Source: Perkinsus olseni (lineage: Eukaryota). Taken from it: 20,000 bases of DNA. The notes beneath the pieces are model-generated. The model was given only the letters and a program-made list of their open reading frames with translations, was not told where the DNA came from and did not search any database. Where the stretch lies: contig JABANN010000089.1 in assembly GCA_013115125.1 (NCBI GenBank), positions 56,371 to 76,370 on the forward strand. The letters are read 5' to 3'. Positions 1 to 8,221 of the stretch are shown here, in pieces; positions within the stretch are counted from its first letter, which is position 1, and each line of letters starts with the position of its first letter. A program made the translations under genes and the position numbers.

Positions 1-98
1 CGAGCCTTGAGAAAGCAACCCGAAACCCGAACGAGCAGACTTTAGGCAATTGAGAGCTAGTGAAAGAAAGACTGTGTGTAGGATTTTGCCACTAACAG

Positions 99-183
99 TC
101 AGATTGGCTTGAGTGTACTATTATTATCATACACTTATAGATGCTTGCCTGTCTCGATGAGGGAGCGGGTTCATCATTACAGC
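99..183 (-). ncRNA. Candidate box C/D snoRNA (target not identified)
   Basis: C box AUGAUGA (177-171), possible C' AUGAUAA (130-124) and D box CUGA (102-99); the ~79-nt C-to-D span is typical. No matching terminal stem was found. Confidence 0.45.
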
Positions 184-191
184 TTTCGAAG

Positions 192-244
192 GGATGTTGC
201 CGGTATGGTTTGTCTCGCAGCTAATGGCCACATAGTAGCTACTG
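192..244 (-). ncRNA. Partial snR30/U17 copy C (3' end only: m2 + ACA), truncated by the assembly gap
   Basis: 171-244 is identical to 443-516 (74 bp) and abuts the N-run. It may be a real tandem copy or an assembly/haplotype duplicate. Confidence 0.5.
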
Positions 245-340
245 NNNNNNNNNNNNNNNNNNNNNNNNNNNNNNNNNNNNNNNNNNNNNNNNNNNNNNNN
301 NNNNNNNNNNNNNNNNNNNNNNNNNNNNNNNNNNNNNNNN
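245..340. other. Assembly gap (96 N)
   Basis: Run of n characters. Confidence 1.
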
Positions 341-353
341 TATCATCACTGCA
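341..353 (-). ncRNA. 5' end (C box) of a probable further C/D snoRNA running into the gap
   Basis: The minus strand reads UGCA-GUGAUGA-UA immediately before the N-run, 16 nt downstream of the U31-like snoRNA. Confidence 0.35.
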
Positions 354-369
354 ATAAAGAACAGTATTT

Positions 370-455
370 GCTGTATCAGAGAGAGGAACACTTGTTTCTG
401 CTTTTATCCCCACGGAGAATCGGACTGGGGCGGCAGATAGGATCATCATTACAGC
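370..455 (-). ncRNA. SNORD31/snR67: Box C/D snoRNA, U31 (SNORD31)/snR67-like, guide for the LSU rRNA P-loop Gm
   Basis: C box AUGAUGA (449-443), D box CUGA (379-376) and a perfect 6-bp terminal stem GCUGUA/UACAGC. The guide UGCCGCCCCAG (435-425) precedes a D'-like CCGA (423-420) and is complementary to the conserved LSU sequence CUGGGGCGGCA. The D+5 rule points to the second G (E. coli G2251/yeast Gm2619 equivalent). Confidence 0.85.
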
Positions 456-463
456 TTTCGAAG

Positions 464-674
464 GGATGTTGCCGGTATGGTTTGTCTCGCAGCTAATGGC
501 CACATAGTAGCTACTGCAAGTCTAGGAATATATCGGCACAGCATTAGGAGCGCAGAGGCACTCAACTAACGCATTTTGTCTCGGATGAAATCGTTGGCGA
601 CTATACACCACGTGAAGATGCTCGCATAGACGATTACACATGAGTAGTTAGAGGCTACTCATGTACTCATCCAA
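464..674 (-). ncRNA. snR30/U17: snR30/U17 box H/ACA snoRNA, copy B, downstream of RPLP0
   Basis: It has m1 AUAUUCCUA (531-523), m2 AAACCAU (483-477) and an ACA box (469-467) 3 nt from the predicted end. The H box is AGACAA (581-576) and the 5' hairpin is closed by UUGGAUGA/UCAUCCGA. Length is ~211 nt and it is colinear with copy A. Confidence 0.9.
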
Positions 675-943
675 GATACATTGCCATTTCGGTGCGTTAC
701 AATCACCGGTACCCCACAAGAAGAGGCACAAGCGCGAACACGCAACAGTAGCTGTTTGCACACGAACAGGTCGACAACACTATGGAAGAAGAGCAGTCGA
801 GGGAGAGTGTGCAGAGCCTAGCCCACTGGCAACGCAACAGCTATCGGATAACCCTTATCAAGGCGCAGAAAGCAACCCCTTGGCAACCACACGAAACCGA
901 TTCGGCAAGTGGGAGTTTCAACAGGTCATCCACAGAGTGCACC

Positions 944-2196
944 TTAATCGAAGAGATCGAAGTCCATCTCCTCCTCTTCCTCTTCCTCCTCCTCGGCGGG
1001 AGCGGCGGCAGCCTCAGCCTTGGCCTCACCAGCAGCAGCGCCGGCAGCGGGGGCAGCAGAGGCGAACTTGGAAGGATCCTTGAGGAATTCCTGAAAAGAA
1101 ATCAGTCACAGCGATTATACCAAGCGACAGTTTATCTCAATAAAAAATTATTGCCAATATGGTTTTTCTCTCAGCTAATGGCCACGTAGTAGCTACTGAA
1201 CGACTAGGAATATATCGGCACAGCATTAGGAGGGCCAAGGCACTCGACTAACGCATTTTGTGTCGGAGAGGACCGTTGGCGACTATACACCACTGGAAGG
1301 TGCTCGCATAGACAGTTACTGCGAGCATGGTTAGAGGCCACACCGCAATCCCTCCGATCGACGAATAAGCAAAAATCCACCCGTGTTACCTTAAGCTCCT
1401 CAACCTCAGGGAAGGTGAAGTCGATATCGGCGCACAAGGCAGCGATGTTCTTGAAGGCGTTGTTGATGGCATAGGGCAAGGTAGCCTCGTTGGGAATACC
1501 AGCCTCACGAGAGAAGGCAGCCAAGTAGGTGACACCGTGCATGAACTTAGCAACGAGATCATCATCACTGATATCCAAAGCAGCGGCGTCGTAGACCTCG
1601 CCGTTGTCATAGATAGCCTCAAGCTCAACACCGTACTCGAAGGGACGGATGTCCAACTTCATGAGAAGAGCCTGCTGAGAGGCAGTGACCTTCTCGCCCT
1701 TGGTGACAAGAGCGACATCGTTGGAGATTTCGATGGAACCCTTGACAATCTTGGTGGCGATGTTCAAGGCCTGGAAGAAGTTGGTCTGAGAGGGGTCCAA
1801 AGGAGTAGGACCAGCGGGGATGTTGACATCACACTGAGCGACCATACCGGCCTTGGCCATAGCGGGAACCTTATGCTCAGAGATGAGCTCACGGATCTCA
1901 TCAATAGGGGCCATGCAGAAGATGAATCCAATGTTACCCTTGACAACGCTCAAGAGACGGGAGAGATCGACGTCGAGCTCCTCCTCATACTGCCTGAGGG
2001 CGGTACGGAGCATGGTGTTCTTGCCCATAACGATGACGGCCTTGCCGCGGAGAGCAATACGGATCTGCTGCAACTGGTTGGATCCGACATGGTCGACGGA
2101 GGCGATGAGGATCTTCTCACAGTTGGCGACGAGGTCCTTGACCCTATCGAGGTAGGCGGTCTTCTTAGCAAGCTTCTGGGGATCGCGAGGTGCCAT
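944..2196 (-). CDS. RPLP0: 60S acidic ribosomal protein P0 (uL10); exons 2196-1390 and 1090-944
   Basis: The ORF has the P0 motifs VGSNQLQQIRIALRGKAVIVMGKNTMLR, KGNIGFIF and GPTPLDPSQTNFFQALNIATKIVKGSIEI. A GT donor at 1389 and a TTTTCAG acceptor at 1091 join in frame to EFLKDPSKFASAAPAAGAAAGEAKAEAAAAPAEEEEEEEEEMDFDLFD*, the canonical acidic P-protein C-terminus. Confidence 0.97.
1146..1357 (-). ncRNA. snR30/U17: snR30/U17 (SNORA73-like) box H/ACA snoRNA, copy A, inside the RPLP0 intron (1091-1389)
   Basis: The minus strand has the family-diagnostic m1 AUAUUCCUA (1213-1205) and m2 AAACCAU (1165-1159) on opposite sides of a 3' hairpin closed by GCCGAUAU/AUAUUGGC. An H box ACACAA (1263-1258) follows a 5' hairpin closed by UCGGAG/CUCCGA. 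The terminal box is AUA (1151-1149). Length is ~212 nt. Confidence 0.88.
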
Positions 2197-2427
2197 GATG
2201 TGTGGGGACTGCGAGCTAACGGCTCTACAATCAGTTTAACCACTGAGGGGGTGTGGTGAGTTGCCACAGGACCGCGCATGGAGGAAATCGATCACCTGAT
2301 CGATTATCGCACACAGCGAGGCTGAGCAGCAGCGCATCTTCTCCGCACCGTAGAGAGCCCCTGAGCAACGTGAAAGTCCGTGCTTTACTCAACGAAAGAA
2401 GTAAGCAGGTACTTTGTAAGTCTCATA
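2197..2427. promoter_or_regulatory. Short divergent intergenic region between RPLP0 (-) and the RSP2-like gene (+)
   Basis: The start codons at 2196 (-) and 2428 (+) are head-to-head, 231 bp apart. No specific motif was identified. Confidence 0.4.
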
Positions 2428-5400
2428 ATGAGTGAGTTTGAGGCATACGCTGCGGCAACAATCTCTCCAATGCTGAGCCGAGCGCTTGCCGATCTCTATC
2501 AGCAGCGCGGTGACTCGGTTGAGCCCGTGGAATATCGTACTGACTGGCTCAAACTCTGGGCAGCTGCACAGGGTAGTGTAGGGGGTGGTCATCGGGTGCA
2601 CCACCTTCGTGTTCAACCTTTGCGTGCCTTCAGTCGCCGAGCGTAGTCGAGGGGAGAAGGCTCGAAAGCAATCGGAATACACAGAGAAAGTTAAGGCCGA
2701 TGTAACGCCGCTTGGCTCTTTTGGAACAGTCACAGCTTCATTATGGTGAATCAGTTTCGTGAGAAACAAGCAAAACATGCGGAGGAGGAAGAAAGAGCCT
2801 CGAGGCCATTTAAGATGCTTAACGAAGTCGTACGAACAGTTGCCGAGGTCGACTATCCCAAAGGTGATGCGTCATGGTGTTCTTTTGTCGGGCATGACAG
2901 ACCTCTTTGCGCCACTGGTGGGTATTCGCATAGATGGTATCTAGGTTTCAGGCTAGCTGTTGAAACGCAGATGCATAATCGGTGGCGATTCTCGTCTTGC
3001 TGTAAAGATGTGAAGTGGTCGTAAACGACGCGTTATGCCGCTGGGCGGACATGAAACTACTGTTAAATGAGAATGACCTCACGCGCTCGGGACACGCCTT
3101 GTCATTTCCCGGAACATCTTGTAGACGTGGAACGTTTAAGTTGGCAGTCGGAAGCGAGCAATACTTGTTAGATTGTAAATACTGCCAGCGTTTCCCGAGC
3201 CCAGCCGTGTGGCAAGAGCTGACGGACACTGTACGAGGGGCCGTTGCAGGATGCAGCGGATGCTACGTTGGAGAGGTTGTCACCGATGGGGAAGGAAGCA
3301 AGCATTTACGGTAGGCCACCGCTCGATACTGCGATAGCCGTGCGAGTCCGGTGTCTGACTCACCCGGCTATAAGGTATATTGCAAATTCTGGCGTCGCCC
3401 CTGGGAAGGCTAGGTTGGAGGAAGGTGAAGGAGTCGTATGGAAAGAAGTAGGGTTATGGAACATCTCCTTGTAGAGTACGGTCATGTAGGTGTTCGAGCA
3501 ACAAGAGGAGGAAGAGGGGGAAGGGGAATCGTCTAAGTCGAGGCAACTGTGAGTTGTCCTATGCGTCCAGTGGTCACGTCTAGTCTTGCAAGCTGCAACC
3601 TCATTAGCCTACTAGAGTGCGGCTTGAATTTTCACGGGCCTTGCCCTCGATGCGGTCTCCCTAATGGTCCATCGCCACAGCGAGGATTCCGCTAGCTGGG
3701 TGTAGAGAGGCCTGCTCAGGTATCTTCCGAACGTCATGGACGTGGCTGAAGTGAAGTACTTTGACTACACCAAGCCCGGTTCCTTTCTAGCTATACCGAT
3801 ATGGTAGAGCAGCCCCGTGGCGAGAGCCCTCGGGCGAACGATGCCCTCGTTCTCATCAGCTACTCCAGCGTTCTGAACAAGGAAGGTCTGGAAGCTACCG
3901 TTGCGGACATGAAGGAACGCCAAGCACAGTTTGTGGAGGAGATGGCTGCGTGAGTGGCCGTGGATGAATGCTGGTGGGGGAGGCCTGCCTTAGGTATGGA
4001 GAGGCCAAGACTCAGTACGATCAGGCAGTGGCCGAGCTACAGGAGGGCGATGAGGTGACCTCCATTATACGGCATGCGTTCTTTACGAATATGCGTGGCT
4101 CGGTTCACTGAGGCATGTGAGATATGGCTCCTTCATAGGCCCCCGAAGAGCCGGTCGAGCCGGTAATTAGGGATCTTAACTCACTTGAAGGAGTAACTAG
4201 GCAGCTGGTTTTGTGCGTCGATACCCTTGGGGGAGAGGGTGGATTGTTAGAGATCTGCCAACAACACAGGGACAAGGTAATAGATGGCAGTGGCTGCGAA
4301 ATGGTCGTGGAGTCGATTGATGCAGTTGGATGAGCTCTGCCGTCACCTTGGGGAGGCCATGGCTGACACAGAACTACAAGCCGTCAGAGAACAGGCGGAG
4401 TATAGTGTAAGCGTGGCGTGTGCGAAGGGGATTGCAGATCGCCGTGTTAGACATCGGAAGCTGGTGAGGGCAATCGTACGGCCCTAATGGCTAAGTACAC
4501 GGAGGCCACTACCGGAGAGGCACTACAGAGGATGGAGAAGCAAGTAGCTGAGGATATCGAGGCACTCGGGGAAGGTTCGTGGTGATGCTTCCGCGATGGG
4601 AGTGGACATCATTGTCTTAGATGTGAGTGATGATAATAAGGAAGTCATCCGTCTAACACGTAAACTTAATACACTGCGGTAGCCTGCTGAGGGTCCACAA
4701 TTGAGCGGTAGTCAGGGTAGCTGGTGTAGGTCTGCGTTGGAGGGTTCTGTGAAGACGGAACTACTGGTTGATTTGAGCTCTCGAAAGTTGCCAGAGGAAG
4801 CGTTGGCGACACTCATGAAGGTTTCCCTTGCTGACATCACTCCTGTTTGGAGTAGCATCTCCTAGGTGGTGCTCCTCTTCCTTACTGAGCACGATCCGTC
4901 TTCCTTTGCTGAAGACACCCCGGTCCAGTGGTCTCAGCTGGTGACTGCCTTTCACTCTGAAGAGGTTTGGAATAAGGTAGGTAGGGTGCTTACGATTGCC
5001 TTCAGCGTGGTGGTGGGCAGATGATGGCTGCGGATTTGAGACGCCCCAGGCCGGGTGTCCCAGCTGGGCACACCTTAGCGATGGCGAAGGCTCTGATTGA
5101 GGAGGCAACTCAAACAGGAGGGTTGAAGGGCGAGGGTAGGCTGTTAATGGGAGGTGGTGACCGGACTGTGTATGGTCTCTTAGATGGTAGTGATGAGGAA
5201 GGGGTGGCTCAGGAGCATCCAGTGGATATCATCCTGCTGGGGTTATTGGAGGCAGCAGTGCAGCTAAGAGAGAAGGTGATGGCGATGCTACGGAGTGCTC
5301 CGGGAGGTTGCCACTCCTCCGCTCCGCCTACCTTGAGTAAATTCCTTCTCGTATGGTACTCATGCTGCTCTAGGATGTATATGTGCGGTGGATGGACTGT

Positions 5401-5764
5401 GACCTGCACAAGAGAGTATTCGAGCCGCCGCCGCCGCCGGGAGTAGCGCAGGAAGGTGAGGAGGGGGCAGAGGGGGGCGGAGAAGCAACAGGAGCTGCCG
5501 GAGATGATGATGACGAAGTGGAGGAGGAGGAAGAAGGTACCATCGACTGACCCTTGGTAGTTGGTCGAAGCCTCCTCTCCAGCTCAACCCGTAGAGGGCG
5601 AGAAGCCAGTGGAAGCCTCGGCTCTCATCGTGACTGTTGCACCTAGCGAGGCGGCTGCTATCGATGCTGACTTTGTGCCGCTACTGGAGCTTGACCTAGC
5701 AAAGGTAGCCGAGGAGAGAGAGGCAGCCGGGGCTGCTGCTGCTGTGACTGAGGAAGGGGCATGA
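2428..5764 (+). CDS. Multi-exon protein with an N-terminal Dpy-30-like motif, coiled coil, GAF-like region and acidic C-terminus; radial-spoke protein 2 (RSP2)-like, probably flagellar
   Basis: Spliced exons read ISPMLSRALADLYQQRGDSVEPVEYRTDWLKLW (Dpy-30/RIIa-type pattern) and FREKQAKHAEEEERA. GAF-like pieces are GCYVGEVV..HLR|YIANSG..LEEGEGV, YLPNVMDVAEVKYFDYTKPGSFLAIPI and LVLCVDTLG. An E/D-rich tail ends at TGA 5762-5764. Dpy-30 + GAF matches the domain architecture of Chlamydomonas RSP2. Internal exon boundaries are only partly resolved. Confidence 0.6.
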
Positions 5765-5964
5765 TAGACGTGGAACGAGCTAGATGTTGTGATAGTAGTG
5801 TTGTTGTGTTATTAGTCAAGGCGGCCAGGGATATCGATGTGGATCATCGCATGCGTGCTAAGAGTTGCTTACTGTTCTGTCTGCGGGGATCCTGGGGGCG
5901 CCTTCTAGCTCTCATGCGTAACTCTGGTTGGTAGTCCCTTCCATTGCTGTGCGTAAGCAGTCCT

Positions 5965-6847
5965 ATGGCCCGGAGAGTCCGTCGACCCCTCCTGGTGATG
6001 GCACTCGCAGTGATGGCTATGTGCTCCATTTGCAGCCTATTTCTCACGCCTCGGTCACCATCCACGGCCGGGGCAGTCCCGAGCTTGCGGGCTTCCAGGG
6101 CGATTTACGGCGACGAGAGCATAGGGTAGGGCGTGCGCGGTTCAGTGATGATGATTTCCATCTGCTGATGTTTAGTCCGCGGAAACCGGAAGGGCCATCA
6201 TTGGTGTCACGTATCATGCGTGGTGGAGCAGTAGCGTCGATGCTGGCTCTAGGCTCTGTTTTGGGATACACTCTACGGAGAACCCTCCCGGGGTTGCTCG
6301 AGAAGGCATCGCAGACAATTCGTGCATTGTCCCGAGGTAAACCAGGGATCCTCGCTTCCGCTGAGAACGAACCCACTTGGAATTGACATGCTTGGAACCT
6401 AGAGATAGTTTTCGAGTTAGGGGAGTCCTCGCTCATCGGAGAAAGGGACACTCGAACAGGCCCCTCGTGGGCCAGGGGCTCAACTGGGCTAGGGATTCCC
6501 ACTCTGCAATTTTCATCATCATGGCAGATACTCCAAGGGAGATGCCACCGGTAGTGGTGTACCCGCCCAACACTGTGTTCTGGTACAAGAGCCCTGATCT
6601 TAGCGCCAAACTCGACATACCGGCTACGATACCGCTTACTGACACCCTCACAGAGGCCGCCGTCCGGACAAGGCTCTGGAGACAGGTAATCAACACCCCA
6701 ATACTATAACATCTTTAGCCCTCCCTGCTCTCTCAGATATCAAACACGGAGTCGTGGAGGGATAGCCTTCCTTCGTTAGGAGCAGTGATGCAGCTTGGTT
6801 CAACTCTGTTGCCGCTGTGGTCGTCACGTAGCGGCTCCAACGGTTAA
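5965..6847 (+). CDS. Hypothetical protein with a signal peptide and a possible bipartite plastid-targeting leader; may be two small genes (5965-~6390 and 6521-6847)
   Basis: Exon 5965-6125 and a 50-nt GT-AG intron (6126-6175) join in frame to PRKPEGPSLVSRIMRGGAVASMLALGSVLGY. Further on, 6521-6685, intron 6686-6736 and 6737-6847 give MADTPREMPPVVVYPP...RLWRQ|ISNTESWRDSLPSLGAVMQLGSTLLPLWSSRSGSNG*. Confidence 0.5.
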
Positions 6848-6960
6848 CCTATTTTCTCTACTCGGAGCTTCACCATTGTGTTCAGTGTGAATTAATTCCA
6901 TCGTTTTGTCTGTATATCTCAGGATGCGCTACCGCGGTTTTCAGGCCTACGTCCATCTAA

Positions 6961-7687
6961 ATGTCGCGAGAGTCGCCTACAAGTGATCGTTCATCCTTTC
7001 TTTTGGATATACCGGACGTCGGTAACCCCTTCGACGATGACTTCTCTCCCCAGACAACAACCGAGGGGCTGTCCAGTCCTTCCGGCCCGGAAGTTCACGT
7101 CTTCGGCCTCGACGGTGATCTGCGGAACTCCTGCTGTCGATGCAGCAACTCTACGGGTGTTTCCGCCTTCCACTGCTGTCCCGTGTGTGAAGTGAGTATA
7201 TCCCCCGATTATCCGTAAACTTGATGATATGTTCGGCTCAGGCCTTGCTGTGTTCACGATGTTTGCTGGCGTTGCAGTCGCATAATGGGCCAGATGAGCT
7301 CTCCTGTCCCTTATGCGGCGACGCGACTGTTGCTAGAGTGTCTATGAACCGCCAGGCCGCTCTTCTCAAGGCAGCAGAAGAGGCCCAGGTCCCTCCTCTT
7401 CTCCGCCATTTGTTAGTGCGTGCCGTACCAGTAGCGCTCTGTCTTTTAGAAAGCCTGGTCACTAGTGTCGTCAGCTTCGAGGGGATTAGTCTCCGATGTG
7501 CGGACAGCTTGGTCAGGGCTGCTGGGGTTCCGCAGCGAGGCCTCAGAGACTGCAAATTCAACTGGTAGGTCTCGATAAGTGATCTCCTCCTTTTGGCCTC
7601 ATTTTTTCAGAGGACACCACAGACCCACCTCCCGTGCCCGACCGGTATCACGTGACGTACGAAGCTTCCGACATGACGCAACGTTGA
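6961..7687 (+). CDS. Cys-rich zinc-finger (RING-like, four CxxC) protein; exons 6961-7191, 7242-7388, 7450-7564, 7611-7687
   Basis: Three 46-61 nt GT-AG introns give one continuous frame with CCRC...CPVCEALLCSRC...CPLC, ending DMTQR*. Confidence 0.7.
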
Positions 7688-7749
7688 CTCTTTTCTCTCC
7701 ACTTCTATGCCATATCGTGTTCACTTACCGTGCGCGACTTACTAGTGCG

Positions 7750-8088
7750 ATGTCACTGGGAAGCTGGCCGTCTGCCATCGCGTATATACTCTTGGTGATT
7801 TCATTTGGATGTCTAATGGCTGAGGGAGATTATTCTCCAAAGACGCTTTCCATGAACTTGGATCCATTTTGATGTCTATCATGCGTTACGGTTGGGCTTG
7901 CTGAGTGAACTTGTAGCAACTCGGCTAGGGGTTACCAAAGAGTACTGGAGGGAGCATGTGACCCTGAGCTGACGACCCGCTGTCTCTTTAGGTTGTCGTC
8001 CTCCTCGGCGTTAGTTGAAGTCGGCCGTCCGCTAGCTGTTCACTCAGCCGGGAGTATCTTGAGCTCTTGCAGAGATCGGTGCGATAGC
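7750..8088 (+). CDS. Possible small secreted/membrane peptide gene (structure uncertain)
   Basis: Hydrophobic N-terminus MSLGSWPSAIAYILLVISFGCLMAE, with downstream exon-like pieces GYQRVLEGACDPELTTRCLF|SREYLELLQRSVR*. The first splice junction was not resolved. Confidence 0.25.
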
Positions 8089-8221
8089 GGATCCTTTGCG
8101 GTGCGAGTGCCGCGCGGGGCGTAAAGTGGGAAACCTTTGGATTCCCCTTGGGAAGAAACACTGGCTCGTTCTCTCTACGGCAGAATCACCAATCGTCACG
8201 CCTGAATTGTTCTCTGTCGCG

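Noticed and set aside
1204-1389. C-terminal ~60 aa of the 330-aa P0 ORF in the ORF track
   Set aside because: It is read-through into the intron that hosts U17; the true C-terminus is exon 1090-944.
661-2279. Overlapping ORFs on both strands (661-1083, 782-1189, 1537-2259, 1853-2155, 1950-2279 and others)
   Set aside because: They are shadows of the codon-biased RPLP0 coding sequence and have no family features.
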